A stretch of DNA of 64,000 nucleotides, from positions 30,987 to 94,986 of the forward strand of contig CAWBPM010000004.1 in NCBI GenBank assembly GCA_963790825.1, read 5' to 3'. Source of the stretch: Candidatus Levyibacteriota bacterium. Lineage in GTDB: Bacteria; Patescibacteriota; Microgenomatia; Levybacterales; UBA12049. Position numbers and translations under genes: made by a program. The notes under the pieces were generated by a model. It was not told the DNA's origin. It made no database searches and saw nothing but the letters and a program-made list of their open reading frames with translations. Shown piece by piece: positions 53,216 through 63,870 of the stretch. Each line of letters opens with the position of its first letter. Position 1 is the stretch's first letter.

Positions 53216-55531
53216 ATGAAACCGAAGCTGTATTTGCAAAAAATTGCTCACTCTTATCCTAATCAGCCATTTTACATTCAACTTCTTTTAACAATTTTTT
53301 TTTACACCTTGATTTTTCTGGTTAAAGTCCATAGTTGGTACCTGGAAAATTATAAAAAACTAAGACGGTTAATTTCGTCTCTTTCCAGCGCTTTCTCTTT
53401 ACCAAGTTTTTTACAAGGCTACATCGAAATACCACTAATAAGGTTGCCTAATATCTATAATTTCATAACGTTTCCCCGACTGGCTTTTGTGCAAATTGTG
53501 CACAAGGCAAGCAAAAGAAGACAGCAAAAAATAATAAGAAAACAGTACCGTCCATCTTTTTTGATTGCTGTCCGCTATAAACTGAAATACGCAGCGCTTG
53601 GTATGATTTTTTCTTTTCTCTTCATTTTTTTACCTCTTTTAGTTATCATTTTTCTGCAGGATTTACCAAACCCCAAAGAACTGGCAATGATGCAAAATCC
53701 ACAAACTACTAAAATCTACGACCGGCAGGGAAATATTCTCTATCAGATTTATGCTACACAAGACCGGACTGACATTCCGTTTAGCGACGTGCCCAAGGAT
53801 TTGCAAAATGCTACATTGGCAATTGAAGATAAGAATTTTTACCAGCATCCGGGATTTGATATAGCTTCGATCATCAGAGCGCTCCATGAGGATGCTTCCG
53901 GAGGTAACTTTCAAGGCGGCTCGACAATTACGCAGCAACTTATTAAATCATCCATGCTGACTCCGGAGCCTAGTATTATTCGTAAAATGAAAGAGATTAT
54001 TCTAGCGTTTTGGGCGGAGCGATTATACACAAAAAAACAAATTTTAGAAATGTATTTTAATCAGGTGCCATACGGTGGTACTGCCTGGGGAATAGAAGCT
54101 GCAGCTGATGTATATTTTGGAAAACATACTAAAGATCTTGATCTGGCAGAAAGCGCATTCCTAGCCGGCATGACGGCGGCGCCAACTACTTATTCGCCGT
54201 TTGGTACTGATCCTAAACTTTGGAAAATTCGCCAAAAAGAAGTACTGGGACGAATGATTGCTTTAGGTGATATTTCGCAAAAACAAGCGGAGGATGCTGA
54301 GCACGAGATTCTTGATTTTAAAACCCAGCCAACTCCGCTGGAAGCTCCACATTTTGTCAATTATATTAAGGATATTCTGGTTAAAAAATATGGTTTAGCA
54401 ATGGTTGAAAAAGGCGGTTTACAAGTACATACGTCTCTTGACTTAGAAACACAAAAAGCTGCTGAGAAAATTGTCAGTGAAGAAGTAAGAAATGCAAACT
54501 ACCTTAATCTCACAAATGGTGCTGCGCTTATTACTAATCCGGCAAACGGCGATATTTTGGCAATGGTTGGTAGTCATGATTTTAATGATCCAAATGGCGG
54601 AAATGTCAACGTCACGACCTCTCTTAGGCAGCCGGGATCTTCCATTAAAGTCGTTACCTATAGCGCTGCCTTATCAAAAGGCTTCACTGCTGCCTCGATT
54701 CTTGACGATTCGCCTGTTACGTTTCCAGACGGTATTAATACATATACTCCGATTAACTATGACGGGAAGTTTCATGGTAAAATTCCTTTGCGAATTGCCC
54801 TGGCTAACTCTTTTAATATTCCAGCTGTTAAAGTACTTAGTCAGATAGGTGTTTCAATAATGGTTAATATGGGAAAACAAATGGGTATAACCAGTTGGGG
54901 TGATCCTAGTCAGTATGGGTTGTCTCTAACGCTCGGATCCGGAGACGTTACAATGCTCGATATGGCGACAGTGTATGGCACATTGGCAAACCAGGGTCGC
55001 CGTGTCGATCTTAATCCTATTCTTGAGATTACTGATGCTTGGGGAAATACTATTGAGAAGAAACAAAATGTATCTTCGCTGCCGGTACTTGACCCAGGAA
55101 TTGCCTATATTCTGTCGGATATTTTGGCAGATAATACTGCGCGGAGTTTGGAGTTTGGACCTGCTTCTCCGCTTTTTATCCCTGGACACTTCATTCCGGT
55201 AAAAACAGGCACTTCCGATAATAAAAGGGACAATTGGACTATTGGATATACGGATAAATTTGTCGTTACGGTTTGGGTGGGTAATAATGATAATAGCCCA
55301 ATGAGCCAAACGCTTGCTTCAGGTATTACCGGTGCTGCACCGATTTGGAACAGAATTATGACCGAGCTTGTCAAGAATACCCCGGAGCATAGGCCCCAAC
55401 TCCCCAAAGATATTACATCTAGGCTATGCTTTGGGCATAGCGAATATTTTATTCGAGGAACGGAAAACAAAGACGGCTGCAGTTTTCCCACGCCCACCCA
55501 AACGAATACCTATGTAGCTAAACCCCAGTAA
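53216..55531 (+). CDS. Second class A penicillin-binding protein (tandem paralog)
   Basis: EDKNF, GGSTITQQL, SSIK, SFN, KTGT, with a long N-terminal extension. Confidence 0.95.
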   Translation: MKPKLYLQKIAHSYPNQPFYIQLLLTIFFYTLIFLVKVHSWYLENYKKLRRLISSLSSAFSLPSFLQGYIEIPLIRLPNIYNFITFPRLAFVQIVHKASKRRQQKIIRKQYRPSFLIAVRYKLKYAALGMIFSFLFIFLPLLVIIFLQDLPNPKELAMMQNPQTTKIYDRQGNILYQIYATQDRTDIPFSDVPKDLQNATLAIEDKNFYQHPGFDIASIIRALHEDASGGNFQGGSTITQQLIKSSMLTPEPSIIRKMKEIILAFWAERLYTKKQILEMYFNQVPYGGTAWGIEAAADVYFGKHTKDLDLAESAFLAGMTAAPTTYSPFGTDPKLWKIRQKEVLGRMIALGDISQKQAEDAEHEILDFKTQPTPLEAPHFVNYIKDILVKKYGLAMVEKGGLQVHTSLDLETQKAAEKIVSEEVRNANYLNLTNGAALITNPANGDILAMVGSHDFNDPNGGNVNVTTSLRQPGSSIKVVTYSAALSKGFTAASILDDSPVTFPDGINTYTPINYDGKFHGKIPLRIALANSFNIPAVKVLSQIGVSIMVNMGKQMGITSWGDPSQYGLSLTLGSGDVTMLDMATVYGTLANQGRRVDLNPILEITDAWGNTIEKKQNVSSLPVLDPGIAYILSDILADNTARSLEFGPASPLFIPGHFIPVKTGTSDNKRDNWTIGYTDKFVVTVWVGNNDNSPMSQTLASGITGAAPIWNRIMTELVKNTPEHRPQLPKDITSRLCFGHSEYFIRGTENKDGCSFPTPTQTNTYVAKPQ

Positions 55532-56168
55532 TACGTAGTGAATCTTGGTATTTTTCAAAAAGCTCCTTAGGTATACTGTTTGTCTGAAAAAGAGCACTCG
55601 TCATTACGAACCGGCATGCGCCCGCATCTTTCGCGAGAGATAACGTTGTCTCATTAATACCGCCATCAACGGTAATTGGTACACTCGTTTTTTGAGCCAG
55701 CAGGCGAACTTTCTTAAGCTGTTCGGGCAAAAATGACTGGCCTGAAAGTCCTGCTTTCACTGTCATCAGTAAAATCCCATCCAAATCCGCAAGTGGAACA
55801 GTAAGCGCATCGATAGAGGTTTCTGTATCAAGCGCCAGTCCAACTTCACCAAGCAGTTGCCCTTGAGCAACAAATTCTACTTGGTCCGTCATCCTCTCAA
55901 CCTGAGCAAAAAAACGCCGGAAGCCGGCTTTTGCCCAGGGTTTTAAGTATGTTATCGGTTCCTCTACCATTAAATGCACCTCAAAGAGTATGTCCTTTGT
56001 ATATTTGGCAAAAAATAAAGGGTCTGCAAAGGTTGTAGTAGGCGCAAACTTACCATCAACTACATCGATATGAATACTCCGTGTAAATATACGTGCCAGC
56101 TCAATTTTTTTTTCAATCGCCGGCCATTCGGAGTCAAAGGTACCCGGACTTGGAATAATTTCAAACAT
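55518..56168 (-). CDS. rpe: Ribulose-phosphate 3-epimerase
   Basis: IHIDVVDGKF, EVHLMV, MTVKAGLSGQ, VDGGIN. Confidence 0.9.
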   Translation of the reverse strand: MFEIIPSPGTFDSEWPAIEKKIELARIFTRSIHIDVVDGKFAPTTTFADPLFFAKYTKDILFEVHLMVEEPITYLKPWAKAGFRRFFAQVERMTDQVEFVAQGQLLGEVGLALDTETSIDALTVPLADLDGILLMTVKAGLSGQSFLPEQLKKVRLLAQKTSVPITVDGGINETTLSLAKDAGACRFVMTSALFQTNSIPKELFEKYQDSLRITGV

Positions 56169-56622
56169 AATAATCAAGCTCCTCAATCTTGCGAATTCTT
56201 CTTACATGTCGCTCTTTTTTAGAAAACGGTGTTTCTAAAAATGCTTTAATCAATTTTTTTGCCAGTAGCGTTGACATAAAATCTGCTGCGAGAGCAAGAA
56301 CGGTGATATCATCATCTGACCGCGCAGCTTTTACTTGCGGTACAGAAAATCCCAGGCCGCAGCGAATACCCTTTTCTTTTCCCGCAACTACCTCAACGCC
56401 TACTCCGCTGCCGCAAATGACAATTCCTACTGTTTTTTTATTTTCTTTCAGATCATTTTTGACCTGTTTAGCCACTCGGTAAGCATAGTAGACATAATCA
56501 TCCTGCGAATCGTAAGTCTTACTTCCCAAATCCTGAAGGTCAATCCCCTGTCCCAGCAGCCATTTCTTGACTGCTTCTTTCAGACGAAATCCCCTATGAT
56601 CTGCGCCAATATATACCGTCAT
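56161..56622 (-). CDS. rpiB: Ribose-5-phosphate isomerase B
   Basis: GADHRG, CGSGVG, ERHVRR. Confidence 0.92.
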   Translation of the reverse strand: MTVYIGADHRGFRLKEAVKKWLLGQGIDLQDLGSKTYDSQDDYVYYAYRVAKQVKNDLKENKKTVGIVICGSGVGVEVVAGKEKGIRCGLGFSVPQVKAARSDDDITVLALAADFMSTLLAKKLIKAFLETPFSKKERHVRRIRKIEELDYYV

Positions 56623-56625
56623 ACT

Positions 56626-57576
56626 TTATTTCTCTACTTCCTCCTCAGCCAGCATTCTTTCTTTTGTCAAAAGCCCGGTCTGTGCTCCTACTTTTTCCAT
56701 CACGCTTACTGCATTATTGTTTCCCCAGCGCATAGCGTCTTCAATTCCTTTACCCAACAGATGAGCAGCAAGAAAACCCGTAGCGTATGCGTCTCCTGCG
56801 CCTGTTTTATTAATCATTTCGCAGGGTTTACTTCCCAGAGAAAATATATTACCCATTTCATCAATTACCATTGACCCTTTTTTACCATCGGTAATAACTA
56901 CTATTTTTGCTCCTAAGAGCTTTAAGTCTTCAAGAAGTGTTTGTGTTGTTGTTTCGATACCTATAATTTGTTCTGCTTCTTCTTTATTAGCAAATAAGAT
57001 ATTGCTTGCTTGAAGCATGTCCAAAAAACTCTCTCTCCCATCTTCAAGTTGTGGCGTTCCGGGATTAAAAGCAATCTGAACATTATTTTTGTATGCATTG
57101 GCCAAAACATCTTGGTATGCCCGTCTCCACATCTTCCCCAAAGACGTGACGTAGAACCATTTTGTCTGTAAATTTTGTAAATTAAAATCATGCTCGCGGA
57201 TAACATGATTCACAAACAGCGTTCTCTCTCCCTGAAACTGTAAGCCGAGAGCAAATGATGATTGGCCTTCAGATTTTTTCAGATAGGTTGTGTCAACGTG
57301 CTCTTCCTCAAGTCCCCTGTCAATTTTTCCCGCAAACTCATCACTACCTATTTCTGCTACAATCCCCGCTGCGAATCCCAACCTCTTCATACCAACTGCA
57401 ACATTCCCGGCATTTCCTCCAAGCAGGAACTCCGAGGAATCAAGAGTAATTTTTTCTCCCAGTCTTACGCAGAGTTCATTATCTTTTGGATTTACTTTAC
57501 AATGCAGATTGGCATCATGAAGAGTTAAAAAAGCATCTATGAGGACATTTCCAACTGTTACCACATCTAATAACAT
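56626..57576 (-). CDS. PfkB family carbohydrate kinase
   Basis: GGNAGNVA, FNPG, NKEE, TGAGDAYATG. Confidence 0.92.
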   Translation of the reverse strand: MLLDVVTVGNVLIDAFLTLHDANLHCKVNPKDNELCVRLGEKITLDSSEFLLGGNAGNVAVGMKRLGFAAGIVAEIGSDEFAGKIDRGLEEEHVDTTYLKKSEGQSSFALGLQFQGERTLFVNHVIREHDFNLQNLQTKWFYVTSLGKMWRRAYQDVLANAYKNNVQIAFNPGTPQLEDGRESFLDMLQASNILFANKEEAEQIIGIETTTQTLLEDLKLLGAKIVVITDGKKGSMVIDEMGNIFSLGSKPCEMINKTGAGDAYATGFLAAHLLGKGIEDAMRWGNNNAVSVMEKVGAQTGLLTKERMLAEEEVEK

Positions 57577-57583
57577 ACATATC

Positions 57584-58189
57584 CTACTTCCCAACAATAA
57601 CGACAGCATCCGTAGTGTCGCTTGCAGGCAGAGTAGCGGAGGCGGAATCAAGAGTATATGTTTTTGCCAGATCGGATTTCAACAAGGATAAAATTGCCTC
57701 ATCTCCTTTTTTTACATTTAGCGAAATATTTGTATAATTAAAGGTGTCTGCGTTACCGGTTGCACTGATAGTGTATCCCAAGCTTTTCAAAAATGTAGCA
57801 ACCTTACCCGCAGCTCCGGGTGTCCCACTACCGTTAAGGACAGAAACCGAGATACTACTTCGTTTGACAGTATTGGCATTTACTGTTGTAGTAGGCGTAA
57901 TTTTAGCAGAAGCTTTTGGCGTTACTAAGATAGTTGGCGTTCCAGACGCAGTGGAAACAGGAGTGTCCGTTGGTATGAGACTAACTGTCGGCGTAGGAGC
58001 CGCAACCTCTTTTTGTTTTGTTTGTTTTAAGCCCGCATACTGATATCCCATATATAAAAGGCCACCCACTAACACCAGGAGGAGGAAAAAAAGGAAAATT
58101 ACCTTCGGCCTTTTAGAAGACTTTTTCTCAACAGTTTCAATTCCCTGGAATGCAGAACCATTTTCTTTCACATAAAATTTATTTTCCAT
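57584..58189 (-). CDS. LytR C-terminal domain membrane protein
   Basis: TM, Thr/Pro linker, VLNGSG.PGAA, GNAD, VVIVG. Confidence 0.85.
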   Translation of the reverse strand: MENKFYVKENGSAFQGIETVEKKSSKRPKVIFLFFLLLVLVGGLLYMGYQYAGLKQTKQKEVAAPTPTVSLIPTDTPVSTASGTPTILVTPKASAKITPTTTVNANTVKRSSISVSVLNGSGTPGAAGKVATFLKSLGYTISATGNADTFNYTNISLNVKKGDEAILSLLKSDLAKTYTLDSASATLPASDTTDAVVIVGK

Positions 58190-58329
58190 AGCTTTATTTT
58201 TATGCAGACTTATCTATAAAGAGTGTAGCATAATTTAGTAAGTTTGCAAATATTAAATCGCGTATATTATGTCGCGTAAAAAACGCTTTTTCCATCCCGT
58301 ATGACAATTTGCTATAATAAGTGTTGCCC

Positions 58330-60081
58330 ATGAAAAAGTATGTTTCCTGTTTTCTTTTACTCCTCTTACTTATAACCCCGCTCTTCTCTTTTGTTACCTA
58401 CAGTCGGGCTGACGAATTGGATGACATCAATAAGCAGATTAATGATCTAACCGACGAACTAAGTAAATCTATTGCCGCGACTACTCCACTTGAGTCGCAG
58501 TTAACTAATATGCAAAATCAAATCAAACAAATTAAAATAAACATTAACAGTATCGAAAATGATATCACGCTCAAAAAACAACAAATTGATAAAGGTTATC
58601 AGGATCTGGAAGCAAAACAGCTGCTTTTTAACGCGACCGTTAAGGATTATTATATTCAAAGCTATTATAATTCTCCTCTTATTACCTTTATGTCAGCTAA
58701 TTCTGCCTCTGAAATAACCCAAACGCTCGCTTATCAAAAAGCGGAAACCGACCAGGATAAATCAATTATTACCAATATTGCACTATCAATTACCGATTTG
58801 GAAACAAAAAAAGCGAATCTGGAACAAGAAGAAACAAGACTTGCTGCAGCAAAAGCCGACCTTGATACACAGTCAGCCAAACTGGATACAATTGTACAAG
58901 GAGCAAAAGCATATCAAGCAACGCTCTCTACGCAAATCGCCCAATTGTCAGCCAAACAACAGCAATTGTTAGAAGCCAAATATGCATCGCTTGGGATTCC
59001 GTCTTCTGCTTATACAACCCAGGGGGGTTGTTCAAGTGATTTAACTAATGGCAAAGATCCGGGATTTAGTCCGCGGTTTGGTTTCTTTACTTACGGAGTT
59101 CCTCACCGGGTAGGAATGAGTCAATACGGCGCGAAAGGACGAGCTGACGCGGGCCAAGGCTATAATGATATCTTGAATGCCTATTTTGCAAATATCTCTA
59201 TAACAAACATTGGTACAGGAGCAAACGTCACAGTAAACGGCACGAACGACTATGGGGAAACATTTAGTAATCAGTCGATGAATGTTGAGGATTATTTAAA
59301 ACATATCTACGAGATGCCAAGTGGCTGGGCACCTGAAGCACTGAAAGCCCAAGCAATTGCCGCCCGCTCCTTTGTCATGCATACAATTAACAGCGGCCAA
59401 ACAACAGTCGCGCCAAATCAAAGTTTTCAAGAAATAAAAACAGAACTAAACGCCCAACCGTGGATAGATGCAGTAAACGCAACGTCGGGTCAGGTCATGC
59501 AGTCCGGCGGACAGCCAATTGAAGCCTGGTTCTCTTCAACTGCCGGCGGTTATTTCCACAGCTCATCGGATCTCGGCTGGAGCAGTACACCTTATACAAA
59601 AACCGGACTTGACGCGACAGGACCAGTTAATAATTTTTCCGACTTACAAAACAACGCATATGATAGGTCTTCTCCTTGGTTTTATTGTGATTGGGGCGGA
59701 CGCGCACAGTATGCTAATACTGCCTGGCTACAGCCTTCAGAGGTTGCGGACATTGTTAATGTCATGCTCCTGGCAAAAGCAGATAGTGGCACACAAACAC
59801 ACTTAGCCCAAACAGATAAACCAAACCCCGACGGAACAGACACGTGGGACGCCGGAAGGGTAAGACAAGAATTAAGCAACCGTGGCATTACGCCATATTC
59901 GTCTATATCAAGTATTTCTGTAAATGCTGATTTCGGAAGCGGAGCTGTTACGACAGTTTCGGTTAACGGAGACGGTGGCTCGCAAAGTATCGCCGGAGAT
60001 TTTTTCAAAACCTATTTTAATCTTCGTGCACCTGCAAATATTCAGATAGTTGGGCCATTGTACAATGTCGAGCAGAGATGA
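58330..60081 (+). CDS. Secreted coiled-coil protein with SpoIID/LytB domain
   Basis: Signal peptide, long coiled coil, HRVGMSQYGA, YEMP.GW..EALKAQAIAARS. Confidence 0.88.
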   Translation: MKKYVSCFLLLLLLITPLFSFVTYSRADELDDINKQINDLTDELSKSIAATTPLESQLTNMQNQIKQIKININSIENDITLKKQQIDKGYQDLEAKQLLFNATVKDYYIQSYYNSPLITFMSANSASEITQTLAYQKAETDQDKSIITNIALSITDLETKKANLEQEETRLAAAKADLDTQSAKLDTIVQGAKAYQATLSTQIAQLSAKQQQLLEAKYASLGIPSSAYTTQGGCSSDLTNGKDPGFSPRFGFFTYGVPHRVGMSQYGAKGRADAGQGYNDILNAYFANISITNIGTGANVTVNGTNDYGETFSNQSMNVEDYLKHIYEMPSGWAPEALKAQAIAARSFVMHTINSGQTTVAPNQSFQEIKTELNAQPWIDAVNATSGQVMQSGGQPIEAWFSSTAGGYFHSSSDLGWSSTPYTKTGLDATGPVNNFSDLQNNAYDRSSPWFYCDWGGRAQYANTAWLQPSEVADIVNVMLLAKADSGTQTHLAQTDKPNPDGTDTWDAGRVRQELSNRGITPYSSISSISVNADFGSGAVTTVSVNGDGGSQSIAGDFFKTYFNLRAPANIQIVGPLYNVEQR

Positions 60082-60116
60082 GGTATAATGTGACAAACCT
60101 CTCAGAGAAAATAAAT

Positions 60117-60740
60117 ATGCCTGATATTTTTACAAAGACGAATCCACAATCCTCTCCGCCAACTACTCCCGCTCCCGTGGAACCGGGACACATGAATCTG
60201 TTTTCTGCTTTCGTGCAAAACCCGAAAGATGTCTGCTTTGAGAATGAGGAATCTGACGAGCAGGTTCTGCTTTTTCTCCGCCGTCATTTTATCACCAACA
60301 TCGGCTGGATCATCGGAACAATTCTTCTATCTCTCCTTCCGCTTCTCCTGCCCTTTGTCCTGCCTACTATCGAGAATAGTTTCTCTACTATTCCGAAACA
60401 GTTTACGGAGATGTTTGTACTTTTTTACTATTTGATTCTTCTTGGTTTTGCATTTACGAGTTTTCTTTATTGGTTTTATAATGTCGGTATTGTAACTCAA
60501 AAACGAATCGTCAATATTCAATTCGCTGATATCTCCTATAAAAATATCCAGTCGACGATTCTTAAAGATGTAAAGGACGTTGAGTTTACGCAAAGTGGAT
60601 TTTTCCAGAGTCTTTTTAATTTCGGTAATGTCAGCGTGCAAATTGAAGCATCAGGTGTACAATTCGTGTTTATGAGAGTTCCGCAACCGGGAAAAGTTGC
60701 CGATATATTATTAGGACTAATTGAAAACCAAACCATATGA
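60117..60740 (+). CDS. Bacterial PH-domain membrane protein
   Basis: LRRHF, two TMs, IVTQKRIV, FNFGNV. Confidence 0.8.
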   Translation: MPDIFTKTNPQSSPPTTPAPVEPGHMNLFSAFVQNPKDVCFENEESDEQVLLFLRRHFITNIGWIIGTILLSLLPLLLPFVLPTIENSFSTIPKQFTEMFVLFYYLILLGFAFTSFLYWFYNVGIVTQKRIVNIQFADISYKNIQSTILKDVKDVEFTQSGFFQSLFNFGNVSVQIEASGVQFVFMRVPQPGKVADILLGLIENQTI

Positions 60741-60976
60741 ATAGTCTTTTTTCTTTTCTATCATTGATCCATTTTGGCTCTTTTGTAAAAGTTACTTTTC
60801 TGATCATGCTTTTTCTCTATGTTATTTTTGCCCTTATCATTCAAAACCAGGTGAGATCACTAAATAAACTTGTAACTATCGAAAATGGTCATAGTTCTTA
60901 CGTATTACGCGCGTTTGCAATTCTTTATGTGCTTCTTGCTATTTCACTTTTCCTTGTAAGTATTGTTATACTGTAA
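60737..60976 (+). CDS. DUF5657-like small membrane protein
   Basis: YVIFALII.NQV..LN pattern with two TMs. Confidence 0.65.
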   Translation: MNSLFSFLSLIHFGSFVKVTFLIMLFLYVIFALIIQNQVRSLNKLVTIENGHSSYVLRAFAILYVLLAISLFLVSIVIL

Positions 60977-60979
60977 GTA

Positions 60980-62791
60980 ATGCCTGAAACACATCTTAGT
61001 TTTGCGAAAATTGTAACTACACCAACTGAGAGTTCCTGGGCACAAGCGTATAATGCCGGGAATCTTTTTGCGGTTCTATCGCTTGCCGGCACCCCATCTA
61101 GCGGGAAAACACTTCATGAAATTGGTAAAGCGATTTTTAACAATCTTGAAGCAGAATTTTTTCCACTTGAGGAAAAAAATTTAGCCTCCATTAAAGTCAG
61201 TCTTACTACTGTTTGTCAAGAGATTCCCAAAGAACTAACCGTTTCATTTTGTGCTGTATTTGTTAAAGATACGATCCTCTATGTTTTCATTATTCACCTG
61301 GGAAAAGTTATCCTGCGGAGGGGAGGAGAATTAGGAGTAATTTTATCAGGAACAACAGCGGAGGAAGAAGAAAATAGAGTTTTTGCTGCTTCCGGTTTTC
61401 TGGAAGATGGAGACACAATATTTCTAGAAACAGAGCAGTTTTCCTCCGCAGTATCACTCGCCCACCTTTCGGAAACAAACGAAGCACATTTACCAAATGA
61501 AATTGCAGAAATCCTTACCCCCTTAGTGCATAAAACCGATGCTCCTTCCGCCTCTGCCATTATTCTCTCCTACAAAGGCATTAAGGCTAATTGGGAAGAG
61601 CAAACAGACGAGACGCTCTCCGAAGAGAAAACTTCCGCAATTTTCCCGCCGCTAATGTCTAAAGTAAAACCTACACTTTATCCCACAATCGAAACCCAAG
61701 AAGATGAGATAGTCGACCAGAATCCGCCTCGTAGGTTTGGCAAAATAACCTTATCTTCTTTTTCTCGCATTTTTTCTTTTCACCTCTTCTACAGACCAAA
61801 GATTAGCATTTCTCCTAGTCGGCTCATCTATGGTTCACTCTTTCTCGTTTTACTTATCATTCTTTTTATGGGTGTTTTTTGGGTAAAAAAACATGAGGAA
61901 GAGCAGAAAACACAGGCATTTTTTCAACAAGTTTATCCAGCAGCTCAGAAAAATTATGATGAAGGCATAGGTCTTCTAACTTTAAATAGAGGCCTGAGCC
62001 AGGATGATTTTCAAGCTGCGAAAAAAGCACTGAGCACAAATCGAGATAAATTTCCACTCGGATCGAAAGAACGCGAACAGGTTAATGCTCTTTTGCAAAA
62101 AGTTCAGGATCAACTGTCGTCCGGAAAAAATGAAACGTCGGTTAGCGAAGCAGTAAGCACGGACAGTCCGCTCTTAGCTCTTGAAGAAAAGCACCAAGGA
62201 GCTGTTGCCGTAGAATCAGATGGTACAAATGCCTATATTCTCTCCCAAAATAATATTACATCCATTCCGCTTAGTAGTGGAAACGGAACGGTTAGTATAA
62301 AAAATAATGATGATTGGCAAAAACCAGTTGGCCTAAGTACGTATGAAGGAAATCTATATCTTTTAGATCAAAAAGCAGGAGTTCTGAAATATGTTCCTGC
62401 CGATGGAGGATTTAGTAAAACGAATTATTTTAAGAGTTCCTCGCCTGACTTATCTCAAGCAACTTCCCTGTCTATTGACGGGTCGATCTACATTCTAACT
62501 TCGTCAAATATATTGCAATACACCAGCGGCACAGCTGATTCATTTACGGTTTCAGGTTTAGATAAGCCGTTTAATCACCCTACCCGCATTGTTACGACAA
62601 TTGATATGAAGAATCTTTATGTCTTGGACTCGGGAAATAGCCGCCTGGTAGTCTTGAATAAATCAGGCGCATTTCAGACGGAGTACACGGCTTCTGTTCT
62701 GAAAACCGCCCGGGATATTGATGTGTCAGAAAAAAATAAACAGGTAATTATTCTCTCAGGCGGTAAACTGTATAAAATGGCTCTGCAGTAA
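60980..62791 (+). CDS. CPR membrane protein: degenerate PP2C-like domain, TM, extracellular beta-propeller
   Basis: ASGFLEDGD in the N-domain, one TM, then NLYLLD/IDGSIY/LYVLD repeats. Confidence 0.75.
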   Translation: MPETHLSFAKIVTTPTESSWAQAYNAGNLFAVLSLAGTPSSGKTLHEIGKAIFNNLEAEFFPLEEKNLASIKVSLTTVCQEIPKELTVSFCAVFVKDTILYVFIIHLGKVILRRGGELGVILSGTTAEEEENRVFAASGFLEDGDTIFLETEQFSSAVSLAHLSETNEAHLPNEIAEILTPLVHKTDAPSASAIILSYKGIKANWEEQTDETLSEEKTSAIFPPLMSKVKPTLYPTIETQEDEIVDQNPPRRFGKITLSSFSRIFSFHLFYRPKISISPSRLIYGSLFLVLLIILFMGVFWVKKHEEEQKTQAFFQQVYPAAQKNYDEGIGLLTLNRGLSQDDFQAAKKALSTNRDKFPLGSKEREQVNALLQKVQDQLSSGKNETSVSEAVSTDSPLLALEEKHQGAVAVESDGTNAYILSQNNITSIPLSSGNGTVSIKNNDDWQKPVGLSTYEGNLYLLDQKAGVLKYVPADGGFSKTNYFKSSSPDLSQATSLSIDGSIYILTSSNILQYTSGTADSFTVSGLDKPFNHPTRIVTTIDMKNLYVLDSGNSRLVVLNKSGAFQTEYTASVLKTARDIDVSEKNKQVIILSGGKLYKMALQ

Positions 62792-62850
62792 ATACTTATT
62801 TCTATCTTCAATTATTTGCGATTTGTTCCTCTTTCCAGTATCATAAACAC

Positions 62851-63294
62851 ATGAAAATCGTTAATCGTAAGGCATACTATGACTTTGCCATTTTAGAAAC
62901 GTTTGAGGCCGGGATTACACTTTACGGCGCTGAAGTAAAGGCAGTCAGACAAAGACTGGTAGATTTGCATGGAAGTTTTGTCCGCATTATCGGCAGCGAA
63001 GCGTACTTGGTAAATGCAAAGATTTTTCCCTACGCTTACGCCAGACCGGAAAGCTTCGAGGAGAGACGCACAAGAAAATTGCTTTTACATAAGCGGGAAA
63101 TCATCTCACTCAAGGGAAAAGTTGAGGGTTCAAACTTGACAATTGTGCCTGTTTCGCTGTATACTACGCATGATTTAATTAAGCTTGAATTAGGCTTGGC
63201 CAAAGCAAAAAGTAAGTCAGACAAGCGGGCTGTGATTCGAAAAAGAGACATGGATCGAGACATTGAAGAGCAAGTAAGAAGTCACAACAAATAG
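62851..63294 (+). CDS. smpB: SsrA-binding protein
   Basis: NRKA..D...E..EAGI.L.G.EVK, RKLLLHKREI. Confidence 0.97.
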   Translation: MKIVNRKAYYDFAILETFEAGITLYGAEVKAVRQRLVDLHGSFVRIIGSEAYLVNAKIFPYAYARPESFEERRTRKLLLHKREIISLKGKVEGSNLTIVPVSLYTTHDLIKLELGLAKAKSKSDKRAVIRKRDMDRDIEEQVRSHNK

Positions 63295-63332
63295 AATCAA
63301 TATTCGCGTTTTCCTGAAAACCGTACGACGAA

Positions 63333-63360
63333 GCCCTCCTTCGCTAAAGCTACGGAGGGG
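63333..63360. repeat. Palindromic miniature repeat
   Basis: CCCTCC-ttc-GCTAAAGC-tac-GGAGGG hairpin immediately 5' of tmRNA. Confidence 0.7.
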
Positions 63361-63364
63361 AAAC

Positions 63365-63803
63365 GGGGATGAATTGATTCGACGAGTAAAGCACTTTGAA
63401 AACTGCAAGTCGACTTTCAATACCAGTCGTCCCGCGAAGCGGGATCCTGCTCCGCAGGATAAAACAGATTGAAAAAAAGAAATGCTAACCAACGCATTCA
63501 AGCTCTTAAGGATGAGGCTAGAGCAATCTATGCCGAACTTATGGGTGGTCCACAGTTTGCTGGCTTACAGTTAGCAGCCTAAGACCTGTTCATATCACGC
63601 TTCTCCGGTGAGATGATATGGGCATAAAATTAGCCGGAAAGGTAGCATTGAGGCACGGTTTTCCTCTTTGCGGTATTTAACAAACCTTGATCTGAAAAAT
63701 CCTGTCAATCGGATACGTTTTAGATGACCTAAGTAGATTGACTACGCTTGTAGAAGTTTTTATGTATTTTATCCGGACTCCGGCTCACTGCCGGACATCT
63801 CCA
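63365..63803 (+). ncRNA. ssrA: tmRNA
   Basis: GGGGATG/CATCTCC-A with G3:U, GATTCGAC and a tag ORF ending LAA* (63484-63582). Follows smpB. Confidence 0.95.
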
Positions 63804-63810
63804 CAAAGAC

Positions 63811-63835
63811 AAACCCGCTTTTTGCGGGTTTTTTG
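63811..63835 (+). terminator. Intrinsic terminator after ssrA (likely bidirectional)
   Basis: AAACCCGC-ttttt-GCGGGTTT followed by a T-run. Confidence 0.85.
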
Positions 63836-63870
63836 TTAATTACATACAAGAGTTTTAAGTAAAGTTATCC

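Noticed and set aside
63217-63501. 94-aa minus-strand ORF
   Set aside because: It is antisense to the smpB end and tmRNA.
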